From positions 3,392,001 through 3,456,000 of the forward strand of contig OZ242260.1 in the NCBI GenBank assembly GCA_965207065.1: a stretch of DNA of 64,000 nt, written 5' to 3'. Positions 26,862 to 37,009 of this stretch are shown here, one piece after another. Numbering within the stretch: the first letter of the stretch is position 1; the number at the start of each line of letters is the position of its first letter. The notes under the pieces are model-generated. The model saw only the letters and a list, made by a program, of their open reading frames with translations. It had not been told where the DNA came from and did no database searches. The translations under genes were made by a program, and so were the position numbers. The DNA is from a bacterium (GTDB lineage Bacteria > UBA8248).

Positions 26862-27698
26862 CTATTGCGCCTGCACGATGGGTGTATCCTCCCGGTTCCC
26901 CCATTCCTTCCAGGAACTCATGTAGTTTTTCACCTTGGGATAATCCAGGAGCCTGAGAGCGAAGTAACCGTGCGCCGCACGGTAGCCCGTCTGTCAGTAG
27001 GCTGTAACTTCTTTCTCGGGCGTGACCCCGATGGCCTCGAATTGGGCGCGAAGCTCATCCGCGGGCTTCATCTCGCCATCGGGCGTCAGGTGCTGGAGCC
27101 ACTCCTGCCAGACCGCGCCAGGGATGATTCCGTCCCGTTTGGCCCTCTTGCCCCGTCCTTCCCACTCCTCAATCGAGCGGGTGTCGAGGAGCATGTGGTT
27201 GTCGTCCTCGATGGCCGCCAGTACGTCCTCACGCGTGGCGAGGCGGTGCGGCTCGAACGCCATCTGGAAAGAAGCGGCTTTGGGCACCTCGGCGTCGCGC
27301 GTCGTCTCGAAGCCCGCCCGCTCCCATGCGCCGTAGCCGCCGTCCAGCACGTGGACGTCCTTGTGGCCGAAAAGCTCCAGCATCCAGAAGCCGCGCACGC
27401 TCGTGTTGCCGACGAAATCGTCGTAGAAGACGATGGTGTTCTCGAACGATACCCCCCGGTTTCCCAGCAGGAACGCCCACATGGAGAAAAAATTCTTAAG
27501 CGGCGCCTCGCCCGAGTCGTCGCTGTTCACGCCGTAGACGTCGAAATGCCGCGCGCCGGGGATATGGCCCATCGTGTAGCGCTCGCCGGGGCGCGTGTCG
27601 ATGATTCTTAAATTCGGGTCGTCCATGCGCTCTTTTAGTTGTTGGGCCGACCAGAGCAGGTCGGGATTCGCATAGGCTTTCGGGTTATCGCTCGACAT
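26862..27698 (-). CDS. Tandem-domain rhodanese/sulfurtransferase, probable selenoprotein (Sec at TGA 26996-26994)
   Basis: GHIPGA and GIIPGA motifs; the ORF stops at EVTAY*, but readthrough gives [43 protein letters not shown], completing the rhodanese fold with the UGA at the catalytic Cys position. Confidence 0.88.
26967..26983 (-). promoter_or_regulatory. SECIS-like hairpin
   Basis: ACCGUGC-GGC-GCACGGU stem-loop starting 10 nt after the UGA. Confidence 0.65.
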
Positions 27699-27714
27699 GG
27701 TGTTCTCCTTCGGA

Positions 27715-28461
27715 CTAATCCGTCCAGAAGCCGCCGTTCACGTCCACAGCTTCGCCGTTGATGTGGGCTGCTTCCTCGCTTGAGAGGAACAAGACGGTGT
27801 GCCAAACGTCTTCCGGCGTGGTGAGCCTGCCCATGGGATGGGCGTTCGCGGCGTTCACGAGCATCTCGGGCGGTGACTGGAAGTGAAGGCCCGTATCCGC
27901 GGGTCCCGGCTGTATGGTGTTTATCGTCACGCCCGTTTTGGCGAGTTCGCGCGCGAGGTTGAACGTCATGGCGAGCAGGCCCGCCTTGGCGGCGGAGTAG
28001 GTGAGGTTCGGGCCGATGCCACCCATCTTCCCAGCGATGGACGCGAAGCTGACGATGCGCCCCGTTCCCGAGGCCTTGAGCGCCTCGATGGTCTCCTGGA
28101 TGCAGAAATAGGGAGCCAGCAGGTTCACGTTCAGGACGACGTTCCAGTCCTCTTCTTCGAGTTCCAATGGCGGGCGAATCGGCATGTAGCCGGCCACGTT
28201 CGCCAGCACGTCGCAGCCGCCCAGCCATTCGAGAGCCGCGCGCATGGTGGTGCGGATGGCGTCCACGTCGGCCAGATCGCAGGGGAGCTTGAAGAGCTGA
28301 TCGGATGGGCCTTCGATCGCGTCGAAAGCCGCGCCTTCCCTGTCGGTGGCGAAAACCCTGGCGCCGGCCTCGATGTATCCCTGCAGAATACGGCTTCCCA
28401 TCGCGCCCGCCGCGCCCGTGAGGATGACCTTGCGGCCCTGAAAATCAAAACGAATGGGCAT
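27715..28461 (-). CDS. Short-chain dehydrogenase/reductase
   Basis: TGAAGAMG, NVAG, YSAAK, NTIQPG. Confidence 0.9.
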   Translation of the reverse strand: MPIRFDFQGRKVILTGAAGAMGSRILQGYIEAGARVFATDREGAAFDAIEGPSDQLFKLPCDLADVDAIRTTMRAALEWLGGCDVLANVAGYMPIRPPLELEEEDWNVVLNVNLLAPYFCIQETIEALKASGTGRIVSFASIAGKMGGIGPNLTYSAAKAGLLAMTFNLARELAKTGVTINTIQPGPADTGLHFQSPPEMLVNAANAHPMGRLTTPEDVWHTVLFLSSEEAAHINGEAVDVNGGFWTD

Positions 28462-28811
28462 ATTGCGTTACTCCAGTCCTGGTGTTTGGGGATGAACGGA
28501 ATGTCCGTCTTGAACTTCTCGTAACGGCGGATGATACACCACAAAACGGAGAGGAGAAAGTGGAAGGCCGCCATTTCCTGTAATGCCGAAAGGGGCGCTC
28601 ATGCACCGATTTTTTGGGGTTTTATTTTGCTCCTTGAGTTGTTATGATAGTTTCATCGAATGCAAGCGAAACACCATCGAATTCTATCGGGTCCCGAAGG
28701 GATTGCGATGTGCTCGAAGCAGCATACCTATCCAATTATCATGTAAAGGATTGAGAATATAAAAACGCCCTGCGGTATGCGTTTCGATGCCGCGAACGAG
28801 TGGAGGTTGTG

Positions 28812-31097
28812 ATGGCTGAACTCTCATACATCGGAAAAAGCGTGCCTCGCGTCGACGGGCCGGAAAAGGTGACGGGCCGGGCCATGTTCACCCTGGACCT
28901 TCAGTTGCCCAAGATGCTCCACGGGAGGCTGCTGGGGAGTCCCCTGCCGCACGCGCGAATCAAGAACATCGATACCAGCCGCGCCGAGAGACTTCCCGGC
29001 GTCAAACTCGTGATGACGGCCAAGGACATCCCGGAGGGGGTGGAGTGGGGCGTCGTACCCGTTTGCTACGATCAGCGTCCCCTCGCCTCGGACAAGGTGC
29101 GTCACGTGGGCGATTCGGTGGCGGCCGTCATCGCGATATCTGAAGATATCGCGAAAGAAGCGCTCGATTTGATCGACGTCGACTACGAGGATCTTCCCGC
29201 CGTCTTCGATCCGCGCGAGGCGATGCAAGAGGGCGCCCCTGTCATCCATGACAGGTACCCGGACAACATCGCTTTCACCAAGCACATGGAATTCGGCGAC
29301 GTGGACCGCATGTTCGACGAAGCGCACCATGTGAGCGAGTTGGCCACTTCCTCCTCACGCCAGATGCACGGCTCTTTGGAGGCGCACGTCTCCATCGCCG
29401 AGTGGTCGCAGAAGGGCGACGTAACCGTCTACAACTCCTCGCAATGCCCGAGTCTTTCGAGCCAGTATTTCTCGAAACTGCTGAAGATTCCGGAAGCCCA
29501 GATTCGTGTTGTCACAAATTACGTGGGCGGGGGTTTCGGCGGAAAGGCGACGAGCAAGTTCAACATCGATTTCCTCTCCATCATCGCGGCGAAAAAGCTG
29601 AACCTCCCCGTGAAATTCTACTACACGCGGGAAGAGGAGTTTCTCCTCGGCACCCACCGGACGAAGCAGTTCCACGTCTGGCGCATCGCCACCGACAAGG
29701 ACGGCATGCTGCTCGCGCGCGACACCCAGATGGTGGTGGAAAACGGCGGCTATTCGGATTACAGCCCGGCTGTCGGCGGCATCACGGCGCACATGGGCGG
29801 GAGCATCTACAACTACAAGGCCTATCGCCACCACGCCGACGTCGTCTGCACGAACGTGCCGCCCGGCGGCGCGATGCGCGGAATCGGCAACGCCGGCTAT
29901 GCGTTCGGTTCGGAACTCGCCATGGAGAAACACGCCGAAGAAATCGGCATGGACCCGGCGGAGTTTCGCATCAAGAATTTCGTGAGGAAGGGCGACACCA
30001 CCATCATCGGGGCCAAGATTACCAGTTGCGGCGTTTCCGAATGTGTGGAAGAGGCGGTCAAGCGCGTGCCCTGGCGCGAGAAACAGCCGAGCAGCAACGG
30101 GAAAAAGCGCGGCTTCGGGCTGGCGGCGGCGGTCCATTTCACCGGCGCGCGCGCGATGGGGCCGGAGACGGCGGGCGCGTTCATCAAGATGAACAAGGAC
30201 GGCACCGTGCAGTTGCTCTCGGGCACCATCGAGATGGGCAACGGCTCGGACACCACGCTCGCGCAGATTTGCGCCGAAGCAATTGGCATACGCGTGGAGG
30301 ACGTGCGGATCATCAACGGCGATACCGCGGTGAATCCCTACGGATGGGGCGTGCGCGGAAGCCGCACGACGACCATCGACGGCGAGGCCACGCGCCTGGC
30401 GTCGGTCCAGGCGAAGAACATGCTCTTCAAGGGCGCGGCGGAACTGCTCGAGTGCGACCCGAACGACCTCGACGCGCGCGATGGTAAAATTTACGTCTCC
30501 AGCTCGCCCGAGCGGCAGGTGACCCACAGCGAAGCCTACATGAAGTTATATGAAAAAGAGGGCAGTGAGGCCGTCTACACGGCGTCTTCTTACGACTCGC
30601 CGAGCGAGACGCCCGACCCCGTGACGGGTTACGGTAACTGGTCCGCGGCCTACGCCTATGGCGCCAAGGTGGCGGAGGTGGAAGTGGACACCGAAACCGG
30701 CGCGTTCGAGGTGTTGCGCGTCATCAGCACGAACGACTGCGGAACCATCGTGAACCCGGCCGGCGCGCAGGGCCAGTTGGACGGCGGCGCGGTCATGGGC
30801 GTGGGCTACGCCATGATGGAGGATTTCGAGTGCGAAGACGGCCAGCCGGTGAACGCGAACTGGCTCGACTATAAACTGCCTACGACACAGGATGTGCCCG
30901 AGCTCGAATCCGTGCTCATCGAGACGGAAAATCCCTCGGGGCCTTTTGGCGCGAAAGGGTTGGGCGAGATGGCGCAACTGGGCACCTCGGCAGCAATCGG
31001 CAACGCGATCTATGACGCTGTGGGCGTGCGGATCACGTCGCTGCCGATTACGCCGGAAAAGGTGCTGGCCGCGTTGAACGAGAAAAACGGCGAATAA
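28812..31097 (+). CDS. Xanthine dehydrogenase family molybdopterin-binding subunit
   Basis: RVDGPEKVTG, VGGGFGGK, GAMRGIG, EMGNGSDT, GAKGLGE. Confidence 0.93.
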   Translation: MAELSYIGKSVPRVDGPEKVTGRAMFTLDLQLPKMLHGRLLGSPLPHARIKNIDTSRAERLPGVKLVMTAKDIPEGVEWGVVPVCYDQRPLASDKVRHVGDSVAAVIAISEDIAKEALDLIDVDYEDLPAVFDPREAMQEGAPVIHDRYPDNIAFTKHMEFGDVDRMFDEAHHVSELATSSSRQMHGSLEAHVSIAEWSQKGDVTVYNSSQCPSLSSQYFSKLLKIPEAQIRVVTNYVGGGFGGKATSKFNIDFLSIIAAKKLNLPVKFYYTREEEFLLGTHRTKQFHVWRIATDKDGMLLARDTQMVVENGGYSDYSPAVGGITAHMGGSIYNYKAYRHHADVVCTNVPPGGAMRGIGNAGYAFGSELAMEKHAEEIGMDPAEFRIKNFVRKGDTTIIGAKITSCGVSECVEEAVKRVPWREKQPSSNGKKRGFGLAAAVHFTGARAMGPETAGAFIKMNKDGTVQLLSGTIEMGNGSDTTLAQICAEAIGIRVEDVRIINGDTAVNPYGWGVRGSRTTTIDGEATRLASVQAKNMLFKGAAELLECDPNDLDARDGKIYVSSSPERQVTHSEAYMKLYEKEGSEAVYTASSYDSPSETPDPVTGYGNWSAAYAYGAKVAEVEVDTETGAFEVLRVISTNDCGTIVNPAGAQGQLDGGAVMGVGYAMMEDFECEDGQPVNANWLDYKLPTTQDVPELESVLIETENPSGPFGAKGLGEMAQLGTSAAIGNAIYDAVGVRITSLPITPEKVLAALNEKNGE

Positions 31098-31116
31098 CGA
31101 GGAGAGGGGAGAAAAA

Positions 31117-31983
31117 ATGGCTTTTCGGCATTTACCCGCGAACAGCGCGGAGGAAACGCTCGCCGCCATGAAGGAGCATGGCGACGACGGGAAAGTGTTC
31201 GCCGGCGGCGTCGCCCTCTCGATTCTCATGAAATCGGGCGTGTACGAACCAGACGTGTTGATCGACATCGCTGGAGCGAACGATCTGGATTTCATCGAAG
31301 AGGCTGAAAACGGCGGCGTCCGAATCGGGGCGAAGACGGTGCACCGCAAGATCGAGACTTCCCCCCTCGTAAAGGAGCGTTTCCCGCTGCTCGCGGAAAT
31401 TTTTCACAACGTGGCTACGATACGCATCCGGAACCAGGGGACCGTAGGCGGCAACCTGTGCTTTGCGGAACCGGCCTCGGATCCGCCTGGCGCCTTTCTG
31501 GCCCTCGAGGCTCGGATGAACACCAGGAAGGCAGACGGGACGGAACGCATGATTCCCGCAACGGAGTTCTGGACGGGATACTACGAATGCGCCCTGGATG
31601 AGGACGAGTTGCTGTGCTCCATCGAGGTCGAACCATTGCCCGATGGTTTCCGGACGGCGTGTACGCGCTTCACCACGCGCTCGAAAGAGGACAAGCCCTG
31701 CGTATCCGTTTCCACCGCGGTGCTTACCGGAGAAGACGGCAAGACGGCAAAAGAGGTGAGAATCGGTCTGGGCGGCGTGGAAGCCGTATTCAGACGCCTC
31801 ACAGCGGTGGAAGATGGCCTGCAGGGCAAGGAACTCAACCAGGAGAACATCGACGCCGTGCTCGCTGAGGCGCTCGATGACCTCGACCCTTTGACCGACA
31901 TCCGCGCGAGCGGCGACTACAGACGGCAGGTGACGCCCGTCCTGGTCCGCAGAACCATCCTGAAGGCGTTAGGCGCGTCCTGA
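31117..31983 (+). CDS. Xanthine dehydrogenase family FAD-binding subunit
   Basis: FAGG, IRNQGTVGGNL...PASD, DIRASGDYR. Confidence 0.92.
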   Translation: MAFRHLPANSAEETLAAMKEHGDDGKVFAGGVALSILMKSGVYEPDVLIDIAGANDLDFIEEAENGGVRIGAKTVHRKIETSPLVKERFPLLAEIFHNVATIRIRNQGTVGGNLCFAEPASDPPGAFLALEARMNTRKADGTERMIPATEFWTGYYECALDEDELLCSIEVEPLPDGFRTACTRFTTRSKEDKPCVSVSTAVLTGEDGKTAKEVRIGLGGVEAVFRRLTAVEDGLQGKELNQENIDAVLAEALDDLDPLTDIRASGDYRRQVTPVLVRRTILKALGAS

Positions 31984-32025
31984 CTTTCCGGCTTCGTTCT
32001 TTTTTCTTGTATTTTCGGAGTCCAT

Positions 32026-32041
32026 GTAACACCATGGAAAC
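32026..32041 (+). promoter_or_regulatory. GlnR-box-like site upstream of the porin
   Basis: GTAAC-ACCATG-GAAAC, exact match to GTnAC-N6-GAAAC. Confidence 0.5.
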
Positions 32042-32234
32042 GTAGTAGGTGTACATACGATATTCTGAAGAGCAGGAAGTGGGAATTCATATGCTTTAGC
32101 GAGGATGAGCGAGACATCCGACAGATTGTTCGCTCTGCAGGGGAGACATAAATCTGGAAGAGGTCGTTGTTCATGCAACCACCTCTTCATATGCAGCGTA
32201 CTTTTTGCCGAACTTCTCACGGGGGGACAGAGAT

Positions 32235-33548
32235 ATGAAGAGAAAACGGACGAATCGTTTCGGCCTGGCGCTTCTTGGATGCGTAACAGCCTTGGCGTTG
32301 TTCGTCGCACCGGCTGCCGGAGGCGAGATAGACGATCTCAAGGCGCAGATCAAGGCGCTTATGAACCGTCTCGAAGCGCTCGAAGCACGAGAAAAGAAAA
32401 TGAAGGCCGATATGATGGCCGCGCAGGAAGCCGCCCAGAAAAAGGCCGTGGCTACCGGCGATTTCCCGGGTTCCTGGAAGATGCCGGGGAGCAACACATC
32501 GGTTTCCTTCAGCGGCTACGTCAAGCTCGATGCGATCTACGACCTCGACCAGGATCTGGGCGATTCCTTTTTCGGCTATGACTGGGGAGGCGGCGCGAGC
32601 GGCATCCTCCTGGAGGGCGATGACAGCGGTCAGCGCAAAACCTCCCTGCACGCCAGGCAGACGCGCCTGCGCTTCGACAGCCTGACGCCGACGAGCAGGG
32701 GCAACCTCAAGACGAGAATCGAGACAGATTTCTATGGCGGCGGCAACGCACTTCGTCTGCGTCATGCCTACGCCACTTTGGGCGGAGTGCTGGCGGGCCA
32801 GACCTGGACGACATTGATGGATGAAAATACCTACGCCGATACGATTGATTTTGAAGGACCCGTGGGCGTGGTCGCCACGCGTAGGCCCCAGGTGCGCTAT
32901 AGCCAGGCGATGGGGAAGAACCTTACTGCCCAGGTCGCGCTCGAGGATCCAGACGCCCCGACTATACTGATGGCCGGCGGAAGCACGTCCTCTCAAGAGC
33001 GGATTCCGAACTTTGTGGCGGCTCTGCGAATGAAAACGGGTTGGGGCGCCATTAACGTGTCGGGATTGGTGGGGCAGGTTCTTTACGAACAAGGCGCAGT
33101 TGAAGAAAGCCTCACTATCAGTGCCCTCCATCTCGGCGCGAACTTCGGTCTGGGCAAGAACACCCGCCTGTGGGGTACGTTCAACGTCGGCCAAGGCGGG
33201 TTGGACAAATCCATGCTGGGATCACCCGGCGCCGCCATCCTGAGCGCGAACAATGAACTGGAAGCGCTCGATTCCATGGGCGGTTTCGTCGGCGTCACGC
33301 ACAACTGGAGCAGTTCCGTGAGTTCGGGCCTGTATTATGGTTGGGTGGAGAACGATTTCGAAGATGCCGCCAAAGCGGTGTACCCGGACCTCAGCCAGTC
33401 GCTCCAAACGGTGCACGCCAACATCTGGTGGTCGCCTGCGCCCAAGATGCGGGCGGGCGTGGAGATCATACAAGGCAGGCGCGAAACCAACGGCGGTGAG
33501 GATGGTGACGCGACGCGCCTGCAGTTGGGCTTTCAGTATAGTTTCTAA
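32235..33548 (+). CDS. DcaP family trimeric outer-membrane porin
   Basis: Signal peptide, coiled coil, GYVKLD, RQTR, LRLRHAY..GQTWT, terminal YSF. Confidence 0.88.
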   Translation: MKRKRTNRFGLALLGCVTALALFVAPAAGGEIDDLKAQIKALMNRLEALEAREKKMKADMMAAQEAAQKKAVATGDFPGSWKMPGSNTSVSFSGYVKLDAIYDLDQDLGDSFFGYDWGGGASGILLEGDDSGQRKTSLHARQTRLRFDSLTPTSRGNLKTRIETDFYGGGNALRLRHAYATLGGVLAGQTWTTLMDENTYADTIDFEGPVGVVATRRPQVRYSQAMGKNLTAQVALEDPDAPTILMAGGSTSSQERIPNFVAALRMKTGWGAINVSGLVGQVLYEQGAVEESLTISALHLGANFGLGKNTRLWGTFNVGQGGLDKSMLGSPGAAILSANNELEALDSMGGFVGVTHNWSSSVSSGLYYGWVENDFEDAAKAVYPDLSQSLQTVHANIWWSPAPKMRAGVEIIQGRRETNGGEDGDATRLQLGFQYSF

Positions 33549-33599
33549 GGGCTCGTCCGAGAATCATAGAGTCCCGGTTTGAATTGAAGGGCCTTTCAT

Positions 33600-33637
33600 A
33601 GCCCCGTCACCCTGTACAGGTGGCGGGGCTTTATTTT
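33600..33637 (+). terminator. Rho-independent terminator
   Basis: agccccgtcacc/ggtggcggggct stem followed by ttatttt. Confidence 0.75.
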
Positions 33638-33719
33638 GTCCGCGCTCGGCTAAATGCGCCTGTTTTGCGAAATGACGGCGGAATACTCTCCAAGCGTTTT
33701 ACACCCGGGTACCCTGTTT

Positions 33720-34376
33720 CTAGCTTCCTCTTTTTGCTGCCAGATAATCCGACTCAAGTTTGAGGATCGCGTCGACGATGCTTTGGGCGAATTCCCTGCG
33801 GTATACCCGTCCCCTTCCTTGCGCCGGAGGGATGACCTCGCCCACGCGAATGACGAGCCAGGGGTCGAGGATTCCCCTCGGGCTGATGAGCGTATTCGAC
33901 CCTGCGATATAGACCGGAAGAACGGGCGCGCGGCTCATGGCGGCGAGGGTGGCGACGCCTTCTTTCACTTCCACCTCGACCGTCGAATTCACGATGCCGC
34001 CTTCGGGAAAAATCACCACCACGCCGTTTAAGCCCAGCAGTGTGCGCGCCATCCGGAAGGTGCTGGCGCGCGCGGTTCCCTCCCTGTCTACGGGAAAGGC
34101 GCCGTGGTAGGTGATGAGCTTCGCGAACAGGGGGTTGCGGAACAATTCCCGCTTGGCCATGTGGTACACCCGCCTCGGCAGGAAGGAGGCGAGGATCATG
34201 GGGTCGAGGTAGCTTCTGTGATTCGAGGCGACGATCAGCGGGCCGTCGAGTGGCACGTTCTGCATGCCCTGGACGTCGACTCCGCCGTAGGCGAGCCTGA
34301 GACCCGCCTGGAATATCTTTTTGAGCCAGGTCGGCTGGCCGCTCGATGGCAGGGTGGTTGGAAGTTGCGCGTTCAT
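33720..34376 (-). CDS. plsC: 1-acyl-sn-glycerol-3-phosphate acyltransferase family protein
   Basis: NHRSYLD and FPEG motifs. Confidence 0.85.
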   Translation of the reverse strand: MNAQLPTTLPSSGQPTWLKKIFQAGLRLAYGGVDVQGMQNVPLDGPLIVASNHRSYLDPMILASFLPRRVYHMAKRELFRNPLFAKLITYHGAFPVDREGTARASTFRMARTLLGLNGVVVIFPEGGIVNSTVEVEVKEGVATLAAMSRAPVLPVYIAGSNTLISPRGILDPWLVIRVGEVIPPAQGRGRVYRREFAQSIVDAILKLESDYLAAKRGS

Positions 34377-34512
34377 TTTTGTGGTTCCGTTATTCTGATG
34401 CCGGATTCTCCCTTCAATGAAAAACGAGCTTCGCAATGATGAAGCACTCGTTCCATTTCATTCATCATATGAAAATCTTCGCACTCTCTGCAAAGTATTC
34501 GGGATGCCCGCT

Positions 34513-36276
34513 CTAGTCGGAATCGTGCCTGTGGTGTTCCTGTTCGCGCCAGACCTTGCCGAAAGCGTGGATCACGTCCTCGGCGGTGATGATTCCTAGG
34601 AGCTCGGTCGGGTCCTCGCGGCTCACCACGGGCAGGCGCGAGATGCGCCTGTCGCCGAGTTTGGCCATCACGGAATCGAGCGATTGGTCCGGATGCGCGT
34701 GCATAATGTATTTCTTCTTCGCAATCTCGCTCAGGGGTTTTTGCAGGATGCCCGCGGCCTGCGCCTGGCTGAAATCGTAGTTGCTCGCCATGCCGGAGAG
34801 CTTCCCGCTCGGGTCCAGGACAGGATATCCGGTAATGGCGCTTCCCCTTGTTATCTCGATGGCATCCTGGATCGTGATGTCCTCGGGCAGTGTGACGACG
34901 TTGCCGATCATTGCGTCCGATACATGAATCTCGTGCAGGAGATGTTCGGTCTCATAGTCCGGCAGCGCGACCCCGTCCTGTGAGGAGAGCGCGCTGTAAA
35001 TGGGCTCGGGGTGCCAGTATCGCGCCAGGGCGAGCGATATGGCGTTGGCCACCATGAGCGCGAGGATGATGTGGTAGTCCTGCGTGAGCTCGAAGATGAT
35101 GAGCACCGACGTCAGGGGCGCGCGAATAACAGCCGCAAATGCCGCCCCCATGCCCACCAGGGCGTATCCGCCCGGATGGGCCACGAAGCCCGGGAAGGCG
35201 AGTTCGGCGAGAGACGCCACGGCGCCCCCCGCCATCGCGCCCATGAACAGCGTAGGCGCGAAGATGCCGCCCAGAGAGCCGGTCCCGTAAGAAACCGCGG
35301 TGGCGATGAGCTTCAAGACGAGCAGGCACAGGAGAAAGGGCAGCGTGTAGCTGTGCGTGAGCGCTTTGCTCACGGCGGGATAGCCCACGGCGAACACCTC
35401 GGGGAACCAGATGCCGACCACGCCCACGAACAAGCCGCCGAGACCCGTGGCGATAACCCCCCGGAACCCGCGGAGGCGCTTCCATCTCGATCGCAAGTAG
35501 ATCAATCCCTTGATGAACGCCACGCCCACGAGCGCGCAGACGACGCCTACGAAGGCGTAGAGGAACAGTTCGAGAGAGCTGTCCAGAGCATATGCGGGTA
35601 CTGAGAACACGGGTTCGTTTCCGAGCATGGCGCGCGAGACGACCGAGGCGGAGACCGCGGCGAACACGATGGAGCCGAGCACACGGGCGTTCAGATCGCC
35701 CACCAGTTCTTCGAGCGTGAAGGTGACGGCGGCGATCGGCGTGTTGAACGCGGCGGCCAGGGCGGCGGCGCAGCCCACGGGGACGAGCGCCTGCACACGG
35801 CGTCTTTTCAGGGAAAACGTCTCGCCTATCCAGCTCGCCGCGCCCGAGCATATCTGCACGGTGGGGCCTTCGCGGCCCAGGCTCGAGCCCGAGCCGATGT
35901 TGAGGACCCCGATGAGGAACTTGCCTATCCACACGCGCTTGTCGATGTGGCCGTTGTGGGCGACGTAGGCGATTTTCGTCTGGGGTATGCCACTGCCCCT
36001 TGCTTCGGGCGCGAAGTACTGGAGAAAGAGCGCGGAGAGAAAGGCGCCCCCGGCGGGTATGAGCGCCACCCAGTACCAGGCCCTGTGAATCTCTGAAAGG
36101 TCATGGGAGCCGAAAAAAAGATAATGCGCCCAGCCCAGCGCGACGTGAAAGCACACGGCGACGAAGCCGGCCAACGCTCCCACGATGATGGTCGTGAAAT
36201 AGAAGATGCCGTCGTCTGAGAAATCGAAATGGAGCAGCCAGCCGAGAAGGCGTATGCGGAAGTTTTTCCAGCTCAC
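34513..36276 (-). CDS. ClC chloride channel/antiporter with a CBS pair
   Basis: GSGIP, GREGP, FTLEE, GIFAP; C-terminal CBS domains. Confidence 0.93.
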   Translation of the reverse strand: MSWKNFRIRLLGWLLHFDFSDDGIFYFTTIIVGALAGFVAVCFHVALGWAHYLFFGSHDLSEIHRAWYWVALIPAGGAFLSALFLQYFAPEARGSGIPQTKIAYVAHNGHIDKRVWIGKFLIGVLNIGSGSSLGREGPTVQICSGAASWIGETFSLKRRRVQALVPVGCAAALAAAFNTPIAAVTFTLEELVGDLNARVLGSIVFAAVSASVVSRAMLGNEPVFSVPAYALDSSLELFLYAFVGVVCALVGVAFIKGLIYLRSRWKRLRGFRGVIATGLGGLFVGVVGIWFPEVFAVGYPAVSKALTHSYTLPFLLCLLVLKLIATAVSYGTGSLGGIFAPTLFMGAMAGGAVASLAELAFPGFVAHPGGYALVGMGAAFAAVIRAPLTSVLIIFELTQDYHIILALMVANAISLALARYWHPEPIYSALSSQDGVALPDYETEHLLHEIHVSDAMIGNVVTLPEDITIQDAIEITRGSAITGYPVLDPSGKLSGMASNYDFSQAQAAGILQKPLSEIAKKKYIMHAHPDQSLDSVMAKLGDRRISRLPVVSREDPTELLGIITAEDVIHAFGKVWREQEHHRHDSD

Positions 36277-36315
36277 GACGTCTTACTCATGGTGAAACAT
36301 TCCCGGGGCGGTGGT

Positions 36316-36918
36316 TCAGCGTGTGATAGCCCCTGTCGGATGCGGGCCGACCGGCGGATGCGGGGCAGGGTCGATTCCCTCCCGGTGAAGCCTGTCTTCA
36401 TACCATTCCTTCTCGATGCCGTTGACCTCGTCCATCCGGGCCAGGTCGCAGAAGATTTCAATCCGGTGGCCGTCGGGGTCGCAAAAGTACATGGCCCGGT
36501 TCTCTCCCCATGTGCCGTCGCCCTCGGGATGGGTGGGGCTGTGGACCACGGGGCCGCGCACGATTTTGACCCCGCATTCCTCGAGCCAGTCTTTCCAGGC
36601 GAAGAACTCGGAGCGGTCTTTTACCCGAAATGCGAAATGATGCAACCCCAGGTCCATGACCGGGCCCTGATCGTCGGTTCTCATATCCTTGAGCGCGGGC
36701 TGATCGCCGGTGTGGTATACTAGGTTCAAATCGTGATGAAACGCGCTGCAGCGCAGGAAGCAAAGACCCGCGTTGATGGTTGGGTGCTCTTCGGGGTCGT
36801 GACGTTCCGAGAGCGTGAAGCCGAGAATCCCGGTGTAGAACTCGAGGGATTCCTCGATGTCGGACACCTTGACGGCGACGTGCTGTAGTTCTTCAAATGA
36901 GGCTTCCGGTCGGGGCAT
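36316..36918 (-). CDS. VOC family metalloenzyme
   Basis: LQHVA, FHHDL, LHHFAF, YFCDPDGHRIEI; RBS AAGGAG before the ATG at 36918. Confidence 0.88.
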   Translation of the reverse strand: MPRPEASFEELQHVAVKVSDIEESLEFYTGILGFTLSERHDPEEHPTINAGLCFLRCSAFHHDLNLVYHTGDQPALKDMRTDDQGPVMDLGLHHFAFRVKDRSEFFAWKDWLEECGVKIVRGPVVHSPTHPEGDGTWGENRAMYFCDPDGHRIEIFCDLARMDEVNGIEKEWYEDRLHREGIDPAPHPPVGPHPTGAITR

Positions 36919-37009
36919 CTTGCAACTCTCCTTGTCTTCGGCTATCCAGGGCGCATGACTTCGCGCCGGGTGTGAATATAACGCAACTCTTCCGTAGGAG
37001 AAACGCAAG

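Noticed and set aside
28812-31097. Aerobic CO dehydrogenase large subunit
   Set aside because: The active-site loop is GAMRGIG, not AYxCSFR or AYxGAGR.
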